Below the pieces are notes generated by a model. That model was not told the origin of the DNA. It worked only from the letters and a program-made list of their open reading frames with translations, and ran no database searches. Source: an uncultured Muribaculaceae bacterium (GTDB lineage Bacteria; Bacteroidota; Bacteroidia; Bacteroidales; UBA932). Taken from it: DNA of 64,000 nucleotides. Positions within the stretch are counted from its first letter, which is position 1, and each line of letters opens with the position of its first letter. The DNA lies in NCBI GenBank assembly GCA_964458425.1, contig CAYWIW010000001.1:94275-158274 (forward strand), written 5' to 3'. The position numbers and the translations under genes are program-made. Positions 1-9,186 of this stretch are shown here, in pieces.

Positions 1-1
1 C

Positions 2-1576
2 AGAGACTGCAACATATTCCTTGAGAATGTAGACAAGGTGCCGGATATGCCAAGATCCGAGAAGGAAAGATGGAAAGCCGAGGTCAAGTTCATAAAGGCA
101 TATCTCCACATCTGGCTGTTCCAACTGTACGGGCCTATTCCTTTCGTGGACAAGAACATCGACGTGGATGCCTCAACGGAGGATGTCAAGGTCGAAAGGG
201 AGCCTGTGGACGACGTGGTCGCAAAGATCACAGGGCTTCTTGACGAGGCGATCGGTAGCAACGCCCTTCCTGAACACATCAGGGCAAGAGACACCGAGCT
301 TGGAAGAGTCACGAAGGCCGCGGCCCTTGCCATAAAGGCGCGTCTCCTCACTTACGCCGCAAGTCCGCTCTACAATGGGAACCAGGACTTTGCCGGGTGG
401 AAGGACTCCGAGGGAAGGAATATGATCAATCCAGAATATGACGCAAGCAAATGGGAGCTTGCGAGGGCTGCCTGCAAGGAGGCGATTGACGCCGCCGTCA
501 CCGCCGGACACGGTCTGTACACTTTCGACGAGCCGGTCAAGAACATCTCTGACACCACCAGGCTTGAGCTTACTCTCAGACACACCCTGACCAAGAAATT
601 CGGCGACGAGCTCATCTGGGGACTCGGTAGAAGGAACACCGAGGACTTGATGCGCATCGTCAACCCTCCTCTCACAACATATCATCTCTCAAACCAGCTT
701 TTCTGGGTGAAGATGATGCACAACCCGACCTTGGAGATTGTCGAGGAGTTCTACACAAGGAACGGTGTTCCAATCGACGAGGACAAAGACTATGACTACG
801 AAGGGAGGTACGATGTGATAAAGGTGCCTCACGACCATCAGTACTATGCGGACACGACCGCGAAAACCGCAAGGCTGCATCTTTTCAGAGAGCCGAGATT
901 CTATGCGTGGGTCGGCTTCGACAACGGCAAGTGGTTCAATATGGAAGTTACTGATGACAAGCATTCATACGTGCTTCACAGCAAGTCCGGCGGTCTGGCG
1001 GGTCGCTCGCTCGACAATTATTCCGTCACAGGCTTCTTCACCAAGAAACTCGTCAGCTACGAGCTTGTCCTGACCCAGTCCACGAACACAGGAGGACAAT
1101 GCTCAAGCTATGCGTTCCCGATCATAAGGCTCGCGGATCTGTATCTTCTCTATGCGGAGTGCCTCAACGAGTGCAAGGACTCCCCGGACGAGGAAGTGTA
1201 TGAGTATATCCAGCTCGTAAGGGACAAGGCGGGACTTGACAGAGAGACCGGCGGCCTTGTCGAGACCTGGGCGACATATTCATCAAATCCGGACAAGCCT
1301 AAGACAAAGGACGGGATGAGGGACATCATCCAGCGGGAGCGTATGATCGAGCTGGCCTTCGAAGGACAGAGATTCTACGACCTGAGGAGATGGAAGCTTG
1401 CGATGGACTATTGCAACCGTCCCGTAAGAGGATGGAGTGTCACAGAGTCCGACGATTCTTTCTACACTCCGTCATACATAGACTTCCCTACCTTCACACC
1501 GAAGAATTATTTCTGGCCGATCAAGCTTGACGACCTTTACAGGAACAATAAACTACAGCAGAGTTATCTCTGGTAA
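2..1576 (+). CDS. RagB/SusD family nutrient-uptake lipoprotein (5' truncated by window edge)
   Basis: The frame is open from base 2 (RDCNIFLENVDKVPDM). SusD motifs: LGRVTKAAALAIKARLLTYAASPLYN, REPRFYA, IIRLADLYLLYAE, ERMIELAFEGQRFYDLRRW. Confidence 0.95.
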   Translation, partial: RDCNIFLENVDKVPDMPRSEKERWKAEVKFIKAYLHIWLFQLYGPIPFVDKNIDVDASTEDVKVEREPVDDVVAKITGLLDEAIGSNALPEHIRARDTELGRVTKAAALAIKARLLTYAASPLYNGNQDFAGWKDSEGRNMINPEYDASKWELARAACKEAIDAAVTAGHGLYTFDEPVKNISDTTRLELTLRHTLTKKFGDELIWGLGRRNTEDLMRIVNPPLTTYHLSNQLFWVKMMHNPTLEIVEEFYTRNGVPIDEDKDYDYEGRYDVIKVPHDHQYYADTTAKTARLHLFREPRFYAWVGFDNGKWFNMEVTDDKHSYVLHSKSGGLAGRSLDNYSVTGFFTKKLVSYELVLTQSTNTGGQCSSYAFPIIRLADLYLLYAECLNECKDSPDEEVYEYIQLVRDKAGLDRETGGLVETWATYSSNPDKPKTKDGMRDIIQRERMIELAFEGQRFYDLRRWKLAMDYCNRPVRGWSVTESDDSFYTPSYIDFPTFTPKNYFWPIKLDDLYRNNKLQQSYLW

Positions 1577-1594
1577 CCAATAACACCCAGAACA

Positions 1595-2818
1595 ATGAGA
1601 CACAAGATAACAGCCACATCATCACTGGCCTTGGCGATAGCGCTGGCAGGATGTTCGGACGTGAATTTGCTGCGTCCTTACGGATTAGACGACGGGAAAG
1701 GCCCCGGGCCGGTCTCAGAAGTGACCGTGACGAACAGACCCGGAGCCGCGGTCATAAAGTACAAACTGCCCTCAGACACCGACTTGTCTTATGTAAAGGC
1801 GGAGTTCATCGGCTCGGACGGCTCAAAAAGAGACGCAAGAGCCTCATCCTACGTTGATTCACTGCTCATCGAAGGATTCGGGGACACCAAAGACTACGCC
1901 ATAGAAATCAGGGCCTATGACAAGTTTGAGAACGCATCCTCACCTGTAAAGGTCACCGTGACTCCCCTCACCCCTCCGATTCAGGACGTTTACGAATCCC
2001 TTGAGTGGGCCGAGGACTTCGGAGGCTTCGTGATATCCTTTGAAAACAAGTCGAAGTCCAACGTGGGCATATATGTCACAAGAAAAGACACGCTTTCCGG
2101 CAAAATGGAATATTACGATGTCTATTACACCGAGAAAGCCGAAGGAAGCTACGCCGTCAGAGGGCTTCCGGACGACACCAATGAATTCGGACTGTTTGTA
2201 CAGGATCATTGGGGGAACAAGTCAGAGACACTTGTATTCACGGCCACCCCGTGGAGAGAGGACCTTCTGGACAAGAAACTGTTCTCGCCGGTTCATCCGA
2301 ATCTTGTCAATGGCGACCTTGCCACAAATCAATACGACACTGATATGACCCACGTCTGGGACGGGATAATCGGAGGCTGGAATTACATCCACACCTTGTG
2401 GCCGATAGAGTTTCCGCACAGATTCACGTTCGACCTTGGTGTGGAAGCGAAGCTGTCAAGGCTCAGGACCTGGCAGAGACCCGAGGATGATGTCAGATGG
2501 CAGCACGGGGCGTGGCGCATATTCAACGTCTATGGCTGTAAGGAATTGCCTGAGATAACAGATGACCCGCTATATGGGTGGAACCTTATAGGCTCGTTCA
2601 CATCAGTGAAGCCATCAGGGCTGCCTCAGGGGCAGGTTTCCGACGAGGACATCCAGCTTATCTCGGACGGAGAGGAATTCCAGTTCGACAGGAACGCCGA
2701 GCCGGTAAGATATGTCAGATTCGAAATCCTGGCCGTACACTCCCAGATGAAGCTCTCCTGTATGGCTGAGCTGACGCTTTGGGGACAGATTGGCTCAGAA
2801 TCAAGTGACACGGAATAA
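1595..2818 (+). CDS. PUL-associated lipoprotein, DUF4959/DUF5126/DUF5000-type architecture with C-terminal galactose-binding-like domain
   Basis: Lipobox LAGC; PGAAVIKYKLPSDTDLSYVKAEF; FPHRFTFDLGVEAKLSR; VRYVRFEI. Lies directly after susD and is paralogous to 62036..63355. Confidence 0.8.
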   Translation: MRHKITATSSLALAIALAGCSDVNLLRPYGLDDGKGPGPVSEVTVTNRPGAAVIKYKLPSDTDLSYVKAEFIGSDGSKRDARASSYVDSLLIEGFGDTKDYAIEIRAYDKFENASSPVKVTVTPLTPPIQDVYESLEWAEDFGGFVISFENKSKSNVGIYVTRKDTLSGKMEYYDVYYTEKAEGSYAVRGLPDDTNEFGLFVQDHWGNKSETLVFTATPWREDLLDKKLFSPVHPNLVNGDLATNQYDTDMTHVWDGIIGGWNYIHTLWPIEFPHRFTFDLGVEAKLSRLRTWQRPEDDVRWQHGAWRIFNVYGCKELPEITDDPLYGWNLIGSFTSVKPSGLPQGQVSDEDIQLISDGEEFQFDRNAEPVRYVRFEILAVHSQMKLSCMAELTLWGQIGSESSDTE

Positions 2819-2836
2819 GTTATTGAAGACTTCAAT

Positions 2837-4156
2837 ATGGTAAAAGATATGAAACAAGTATTCACACTCATCACAGGGTTGTCCTGCCTTTCCACGCTTC
2901 TCGCGGGGTGCTATGGAATCGATGACACACAGAAAGAGTGGACAGACAAGGGCGAGAAAACATACGTCGGCAAAATCGACTCACTGCGAGTCCGTTCCGG
3001 AATGAACAGGGTCGAAATCGTCGGGAACACCAAATATCTGAGAACTGCGACCGAGTGCTCCGTCAGCTATGATGACACGACTGTCACATTCAGCATCACC
3101 GACATCGTAGGAGATGACGGCAAGGCCAGGATGGTCATCGACAAACTGGACGGCGGAAGCTACTATTTCAACGTGATGACATACGACAAGGACGGGAACA
3201 AATCCGTTCCGTCGGAGGTCTACGGTGTCGCATACGGTGTCAATGACATCCTGAAGGAGACTCCCAAAAGGGTGGCTTCGTTCGTGCAGAAATTCGACGG
3301 CACCGTTGACGTGGAATGGAACAGGGCTTCCACCACTTATTTCAGACTGGCCTGGGAAGACGAGGATGGCGTCAGGCAGGAAATGGACATCACCGGCTCT
3401 CCATCGAAGACAAATATCAAATCCTGGAAAAAGGGAGGGAGGGTGTCAGTCCAGACCTTCATAATGAAGAACAAGACCGACCTCGACCTTCTCGCCCTCG
3501 AACCTTTGGAGTACACGTTCCCGACCGAGATCGAGGAATCCATCCCTCGGTTCGGCGATGGTTCCTATATGAACCTTGGAGCCTACTCCGACTGGGATAT
3601 GGGCGAGGAGTTCACCATCGAGCTTAGAGCCAGATACACCGAGATCGCAGGAGGCGACCAGTGCGTGATTTCGTGCGAATCCGACGGCCCGCCGGCAGGT
3701 ATGATGCTCAGAAGCAGCGGAAGCGCCCTTCAGTTCTACATCGGAGACGGCGGATGGAGCGGAATCTCATTCTCTCCTTTATCGACAGGAATATGGTATG
3801 ACATCGCCATCACCTACAAGGCCAATGCCGGCATAGAGCTCTACATCAACGGAGAGCTCAAGGCAAGCGGAAGATGCGGAAGGATGAACACTCCTACATC
3901 AAGGTTGCAGATCGGCACATCACCTTACTATTCCTCAAGGTATATGCGAGGTGACATACAGCACGTTTCTGTCTGGAAAGAAGTCCGGTCCGCCGACCAG
4001 ATAAAATCCGACATCGGACAGAGCTATGCCTTCAAAGGCAACGAGGACGGATTGAAAGCCTACTGGCCACTGACGGTGAACTGGGGAGACGAGATTCCTG
4101 ACCAGACAGGAAAACACATCGCAGAGTTCGGGAATGTCATATGGAACAGCAAATAA
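2837..4156 (+). CDS. DUF4998-type lipoprotein with C-terminal LamG/concanavalin-like domain (surface glycan-binding protein)
   Basis: Lipobox LAGC; GEKTYVGKIDSLRVRSGMNRV; LamG-like FTIELRARY, WYDIAITY, LYINGEL, LQIG, GDIQHVSVW. Confidence 0.75.
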   Translation: MVKDMKQVFTLITGLSCLSTLLAGCYGIDDTQKEWTDKGEKTYVGKIDSLRVRSGMNRVEIVGNTKYLRTATECSVSYDDTTVTFSITDIVGDDGKARMVIDKLDGGSYYFNVMTYDKDGNKSVPSEVYGVAYGVNDILKETPKRVASFVQKFDGTVDVEWNRASTTYFRLAWEDEDGVRQEMDITGSPSKTNIKSWKKGGRVSVQTFIMKNKTDLDLLALEPLEYTFPTEIEESIPRFGDGSYMNLGAYSDWDMGEEFTIELRARYTEIAGGDQCVISCESDGPPAGMMLRSSGSALQFYIGDGGWSGISFSPLSTGIWYDIAITYKANAGIELYINGELKASGRCGRMNTPTSRLQIGTSPYYSSRYMRGDIQHVSVWKEVRSADQIKSDIGQSYAFKGNEDGLKAYWPLTVNWGDEIPDQTGKHIAEFGNVIWNSK

Positions 4157-4226
4157 GAAGCTGCCACGGGGGACGGTTTGTCTGGTTTTAAGGCAGTGAG
4201 TCCGACGTAATATTGTTCAGCAATTA

Positions 4227-4257
4227 TTTGATTTATGTAAAAATATGCCTACTTTTG
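4227..4257 (+). promoter_or_regulatory. Bacteroidetes sigma70 promoter of the gntR-MFS operon
   Basis: TTTG (4227-4230), 19-nt spacer, TACTTTTG (4250-4257); matches the established TTTG / TAnnTTTG consensus. Confidence 0.75.
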
Positions 4258-4268
4258 TTTGAACATAT
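4253..4268. promoter_or_regulatory. Candidate GntR operator 1 (TTTTGT-TTGA-ACATAT)
   Basis: One of three copies of TGTWTRAACATAT; overlaps the -7 element of the gntR promoter. Confidence 0.65.
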
Positions 4269-4298
4269 TATCAAACATATTCTTAGCGACCCACGGCA

Positions 4299-5030
4299 AT
4301 GAAACTTGAATTAGACCATAATTCCTCGACTCCTCTGCACCAACAGGCCGAAGACATCCTGCGCAAAATGATCCAGGAAGAAGACTACAGAAACGGGAAA
4401 CTGCTTCCGAATGAGATAGAGCTTTCAAAACAGCTGAAGATATCCCGCAACACCCTTAGGCAGGCCATCAACAGGCTTGTATTCGAAGGACTTCTCATAC
4501 GCAAGAAAGGCTACGGGACCTGCGTGGCGCTTCAGGACGTGATGAGCAACGCCCGCAACTGGATGAGCTTCTCACAGGAGATGGCCTCGCAAGGAATGAC
4601 GGTACAGAACTTTGAACTGCACATAAGCTGGAAACTTCCGTCCAAGGAAGCCGCCGATTTCTTCGGTGTCCCCCACGGCAAGAAACTGCTGTGCCTTGAG
4701 AGACTCCGCGGCAAGCCGGATCTTCCCTTCGTGTTCTTCATATCATATTTCAACCCCTCCATTCCGATGTCGGTGTCAGAGGATATGAGCAAGCCTCTCT
4801 ACGAGATTCTGCGCAACAGGTACGGCATCAACGTCAAAACCTCAAAAGAACAGATTTCCGCCAAAGGGGCAAGCCCGGAGCTTTCAGACAAGTTAAGCAT
4901 CTCGGCAGGAGACCCCATCCTGGTCAGAAAACGCTTTGTCCTCGACGACAACAACAACCCGGTGGAATACAACATCGGCTATTACAGAGCCGACTCGTTC
5001 ACTTACTCAATAGAATGCACAAACGAATAA
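4299..5030 (+). CDS. GntR family transcriptional regulator (HutC subfamily, UTRA domain)
   Basis: N-terminal wHTH LLPNEIELSKQLKISRNTLRQAINRLVFEGLLIRKKGYGT; C-terminal UTRA-like ERLR, PLYEILR, PVEYNIGYYRAD. Confidence 0.95.
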   Translation: MKLELDHNSSTPLHQQAEDILRKMIQEEDYRNGKLLPNEIELSKQLKISRNTLRQAINRLVFEGLLIRKKGYGTCVALQDVMSNARNWMSFSQEMASQGMTVQNFELHISWKLPSKEAADFFGVPHGKKLLCLERLRGKPDLPFVFFISYFNPSIPMSVSEDMSKPLYEILRNRYGINVKTSKEQISAKGASPELSDKLSISAGDPILVRKRFVLDDNNNPVEYNIGYYRADSFTYSIECTNE

Positions 5031-5046
5031 CGGACATACATAAACT

Positions 5047-6198
5047 ATGAACAAAAGTTTGACGAAGGCTCTTCCCGTACTTTTCGGCTTCTTTGTGATG
5101 GGCTTCTGCGATGTCGTGGGAATCGCCACAAGCTACGTAAAGCAGGATTTCAACCTGAGCGAAAGCCTGGCCGGATTAATTCCGTCGATGGTCTTCATCT
5201 GGTTTCTCCTGCTTTCAATCCCCGTCGCCGTCGCGATGAACAAGGCCGGAAGGAAGAGTATGGTACAGATCAGCAACATCATCACCTTCGCCGGAATGAT
5301 GCTGCCTTTCATCAGCTACAACTTCGCCACGTGCCTGCTTGCCTTTGTGTTACTTGGCATAGGAAACACGATCCTGCAGGTCTCATTGAACCCGCTGCTT
5401 ACCAATGTCGTTACAGGGAAAGCCCTTACAAGCTCTCTCACCGCAGGACAGGTGATCAAGGCCGTCTCATCTTTCTGCGGGCCGTTCATCGCCGCATTCG
5501 CCGCCGGGGCCCTCGGCAACTGGAAATACCTGTTCCCGATCTTTGCGGCCATAACCCTGCTCTCAGGAATATGGCTGCTCGCCACCCCGATCAGGGAGAG
5601 CCGTCCGGAGAACAACACATCGTCTCCGGGAGCCGTATTCGGACTATTGAAAGACAGGCGGATACTTCTTCTTTTCCTCGGGATTTTCTTCATCGTAGGA
5701 GTTGACGTAGGAGTGAACACGGTCTCACCGAAGCTGCTCATCGAAAGAGCCGGATGGGCCGTCGAAAAAGCCGGAATGGCCTCCAGCGTTTACTTCGTCT
5801 GCCGGACAATCGGAGCGCTCATCGGTTCTGTGGCCCTCGCCAAGGTCAACGAAATCAAATATTTCAGGTACAACATCATAGCTGCGACCATATCGCTCAC
5901 CCTTCTCTTTTTCCTGAAGGGAACGACAGCTATGCTCGCATTGATAGGGCTTCTCGGGTTCCTGTGTTCAAGCGTATTCTCGATTATATATTCATCGGCG
6001 CTGAAAGAGCGCCCGGAAAAAGCAAACGAAATCTCGGGACTGATGATCACCGGAGTCTCCGGAGGAGCGGCCATACCTCCTTGTATGGGCATTCTTGCAG
6101 ACATTACCGGAAGCCAGTCCGGCTCGCTGGCCGTCATCGGGCTGTGCCTCCTCTACCTTGTCTGGTGCTCACTGTATCTTCGTACCGAAAAGGCATAG
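5047..6198 (+). CDS. MFS sugar transporter (FucP/GluP-like)
   Basis: About 12 hydrophobic segments; GIGNTILQVSLNPLL and YVGVDVGV-type FucP-family signatures. Confidence 0.85.
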   Translation: MNKSLTKALPVLFGFFVMGFCDVVGIATSYVKQDFNLSESLAGLIPSMVFIWFLLLSIPVAVAMNKAGRKSMVQISNIITFAGMMLPFISYNFATCLLAFVLLGIGNTILQVSLNPLLTNVVTGKALTSSLTAGQVIKAVSSFCGPFIAAFAAGALGNWKYLFPIFAAITLLSGIWLLATPIRESRPENNTSSPGAVFGLLKDRRILLLFLGIFFIVGVDVGVNTVSPKLLIERAGWAVEKAGMASSVYFVCRTIGALIGSVALAKVNEIKYFRYNIIAATISLTLLFFLKGTTAMLALIGLLGFLCSSVFSIIYSSALKERPEKANEISGLMITGVSGGAAIPPCMGILADITGSQSGSLAVIGLCLLYLVWCSLYLRTEKA

Positions 6199-6208
6199 GC
6201 TCTCGGAA

Positions 6209-7975
6209 TCACTTCATAAAAGCCTTGACCATCATTATCGGCTTTCCCGAATTGTTGATTATGCGATATGAACCTGCGGCCGCAGAGATGACCATCGATT
6301 CGGCATAGGTAAGCCTGAATGTCATCCCGCCTTCAGTGACAACAGTTGCGGAAGAACCCTCCACAAGATTAAGCGCGTGGAACTTCCCTTCCGTCCTCAC
6401 TTCGACCTCAGTCTCAACGACGTAGCGATGCACGTCATAGGAATGATTCTTATGCGTAGGAATATGCCACAGTTCCCAGCCTCCGCCTTTCTCCATCAAA
6501 TAAGGATGGGAGACGAACTCCTCGGCGACGCGGCTTCCCTTGCGGTCGAAGTACAGGTTATCCACCGCTCTTTGTATGTTCAGAGGACGAGGCCGGCCGT
6601 CAAGGTCGAGCGACATCCAGTCGTACATCTTGAACGTGAATATGTAAGGAGTAGTACTGATCTCCAGGACCAGATTATTCCTGCCCGAACTGTGAAGAGT
6701 GCCTGGAGGGATGAGATACAGGCCGTGCCTTACCGACGGCTCGGAGTTAACATATTTCCGCACGTCAAGCGGTGTCCCGTTCCTGTGGCTTTCCTCAAGA
6801 GCGGCCTTGAACTCTTCGGGAACGACATCATCCTTGAACCCGAGGAAGACCTCCGCACCCGGCTTGTTGTCAAGAATATAATACGTCTCCTCCTGAGTCA
6901 GGACCTCACCGAAATTCTTCTGTATGTACTCCTTGCGTGGATGGCACTGAATAGAAAGATTCCCGCCGTCGAAATTGTCAAGATAATCGAGCCGGATAGG
7001 GAACTCATCACCATACTCCGAATAACATCCACTGCCTACCACGTCTTCTCCCGCCTCATACATAATGGTGTCGAAAGACAACTCGAGCATTTTGTCTCCG
7101 CCGGCGAATATAATGCCGTTCTCGGGAACGATAAGCTCGAATGACCAGGCATAGTTAGGGACATCTTGCGGGAGCTCGTTTATGAATTCCTTAATCCGCT
7201 GCCCTCCCCAGGAGCCAGGCTCAAACCAAGGACGGACTCTGAATCCATTTCTTGCAAGCCTGTCCAGGCCGGTACGGACAACATCACCCTCAGCCCAAGT
7301 GATTTCAGCAAGCCGCTGCGCGTCAACGAAAACATCGACCTGCGGAAGCAACGACTTCTTATGCCTGTTCAGAACGACCCAGTCGATAAAGTAGAAACGC
7401 TTGTACATCCTTTTCGGAGTGTCCGGACCGGAGGCTCCAAGATTCCTGACGCTCCCGGCCCTGGATCTGAACTGGATCTCATTCTTCGGAATATCAAGAT
7501 AAACCAGAGTCCCGCCCCATCCGGCAAGGGAAGCGCCGGAGCCATAGATGACATTAAGTTCAACCGTCCTGTCCGGCCTTATCGCAGCCAGCCGGTCCTC
7601 ATCGAAAAAATCCGGCAAAGACAAGTCCGTCCGGAATCCGAATATCGGGTCATCACCTCCTAAATACGGCTCTATCAGCCTGTCAACCTCCTGCGGAGAT
7701 TTCATAGCGGCTTCCACATTCCAGAAAAGAGTCTTGACACCGGCGTCGGCCAGCGCGTCGGCCAGGCGCGAGATGAAGCCGTCAAAACTCACGCCGACAT
7801 ATCCATCGACAACCACGGTTCCGCTACCGGAAAGACGGCGCGCCAGCTCATCGAAGCCAGACGAGACTGTCCCTTCTCCAAGATTATGAACCGGATAGAT
7901 ATCGTATTCTTCCGCACCGGGAGACACTTTGTCCACGGGAATAATATACTGGGTTGTCTTTCTAATCTCTGACAT
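6209..7975 (-). CDS. Class I mannose-6-phosphate isomerase-like cupin protein with long N-terminal extension
   Basis: PWFEPGSWGGQ, NLSIQCHP, ETYYIL, PPGTLHS, LEIS, YDW motifs. Start moved to MSEIRK (7975) to avoid overlap with the ROK gene. Confidence 0.8.
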   Translation of the reverse strand: MSEIRKTTQYIIPVDKVSPGAEEYDIYPVHNLGEGTVSSGFDELARRLSGSGTVVVDGYVGVSFDGFISRLADALADAGVKTLFWNVEAAMKSPQEVDRLIEPYLGGDDPIFGFRTDLSLPDFFDEDRLAAIRPDRTVELNVIYGSGASLAGWGGTLVYLDIPKNEIQFRSRAGSVRNLGASGPDTPKRMYKRFYFIDWVVLNRHKKSLLPQVDVFVDAQRLAEITWAEGDVVRTGLDRLARNGFRVRPWFEPGSWGGQRIKEFINELPQDVPNYAWSFELIVPENGIIFAGGDKMLELSFDTIMYEAGEDVVGSGCYSEYGDEFPIRLDYLDNFDGGNLSIQCHPRKEYIQKNFGEVLTQEETYYILDNKPGAEVFLGFKDDVVPEEFKAALEESHRNGTPLDVRKYVNSEPSVRHGLYLIPPGTLHSSGRNNLVLEISTTPYIFTFKMYDWMSLDLDGRPRPLNIQRAVDNLYFDRKGSRVAEEFVSHPYLMEKGGGWELWHIPTHKNHSYDVHRYVVETEVEVRTEGKFHALNLVEGSSATVVTEGGMTFRLTYAESMVISAAAGSYRIINNSGKPIMMVKAFMK

Positions 7976-7985
7976 ATTGATAGTT

Positions 7986-8891
7986 TTATTGGAATAATGA
8001 TGCGGCGCCCAACATAGCCGCATTGTCTATTAATGAGGACACCCTGACCTTTGCGGTCATTCCTCCTTCCGACACAACGCTCTCGAGCGCGGGAGAAAAC
8101 AACGGAAAAGATTTGGAAATATTGCCGCCGAGGACCACTGAAGAACATCCGAAACGCTCCACCAAAGGAATCAGGAAAGCTCCGAGGCGCAAACCGTATT
8201 CTTCAAACACCTGCCTTGCGGCCCTGTCTTCAGCGCACCTGTCCGCCACATCCTTCGCCCCGGACAACACCTCACCGGCCAGTTCCGAATAGCGGCGCAC
8301 TATCCAGCGTGTGGAAAAAGCGTCATCAGCGGTTCCACCCTCGAAAGGCAGACAGTAAACCCAACCGTTCGGCGGAACATCGGGCGAATCCGTAACAAGC
8401 TTTCCGCCAGCGACAAATCCTGAGCCGACTCCTGTTCCAAGGGTAATGGCCAACAGTCTGTCATCACCACGAGCCTCGCCATAAAAGGCCTCGCCGAAAG
8501 CGAAAGCCGACGCATCGTTGACAAAACGCAGTTCCATATCCCGCGACGGAAGCATCCGCAAGACGGACTTCCCCACATCCAGACCGTAGACGGACTCATA
8601 TTTGCCGACTCCGCTTATCTTGGAGATTCCTTTTTCATAATCAAACGGCCCGGGGAAAGCAAAGCCTACACCTTTGACTTCACCGCCAAACGAATCAATC
8701 GTGGAACGGACATTGGAGGCCCAGGCCGAAACTATCTCATACGCTCCGGCGCGGCTGTCAACCGGAGTTGTCACGGGGACAGTACACAAAGCTCCGGAGG
8801 CAACTTCAACAACAGCCGAACTCAGATGAGAGCCGCCCACATCGACTCCAACCACATAGCTGTCTTTCACAGCTGGCATCTTCATATTCAA
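7986..8891 (-). CDS. ROK family sugar kinase
   Basis: VVGVDVGGS, FAFPGPFDY, VNDASAFA.GE, ITLGTGVGSGF, VVLGGNIS. Confidence 0.92.
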   Translation of the reverse strand: MNMKMPAVKDSYVVGVDVGGSHLSSAVVEVASGALCTVPVTTPVDSRAGAYEIVSAWASNVRSTIDSFGGEVKGVGFAFPGPFDYEKGISKISGVGKYESVYGLDVGKSVLRMLPSRDMELRFVNDASAFAFGEAFYGEARGDDRLLAITLGTGVGSGFVAGGKLVTDSPDVPPNGWVYCLPFEGGTADDAFSTRWIVRRYSELAGEVLSGAKDVADRCAEDRAARQVFEEYGLRLGAFLIPLVERFGCSSVVLGGNISKSFPLFSPALESVVSEGGMTAKVRVSSLIDNAAMLGAASLFQ

Positions 8892-8901
8892 ATCTTAAAT
8901 T

Positions 8902-8917
8902 ATATGTATGAACATAT
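8902..8917. promoter_or_regulatory. Candidate GntR operator 2 (ATATGT-ATGA-ACATAT, perfect palindromic arms)
   Basis: Lies just downstream of the minus-strand -7 element TATCTTTG (8927-8934) serving the ROK-isomerase operon. Confidence 0.7.
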
Positions 8918-9047
8918 CTAACAAGACAAAGATAAGACAATAATTTCAATAATACAATTGTTTAAGAAAAACATAATGAAAAGACAGCTCTGAACCAACT
9001 AAAAGCGAAATTTCCGGCAATCCGGGTCATTGATGTGACAACCGCCA

Positions 9048-9063
9048 TATTGTATAAACATAT
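9048..9063. promoter_or_regulatory. Candidate GntR operator 3 (TATTGT-ATAA-ACATAT)
   Basis: Third copy of the motif, upstream of the GH78 gene. Its core TGTATAAACA fits the HutC-type GT-N-TA-N-AC pattern. Confidence 0.65.
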
Positions 9064-9186
9064 AATCACACTCTCGTCTACGGCACAATGCCGGAACCTT
9101 GGCTTTCAAAAGACACCCGCAAAAGAATCGTCCTTGCCCCTCCGGAAGAGTCCGTTCTCTCAGGATTTTTCATTATGTTTGTGAAT

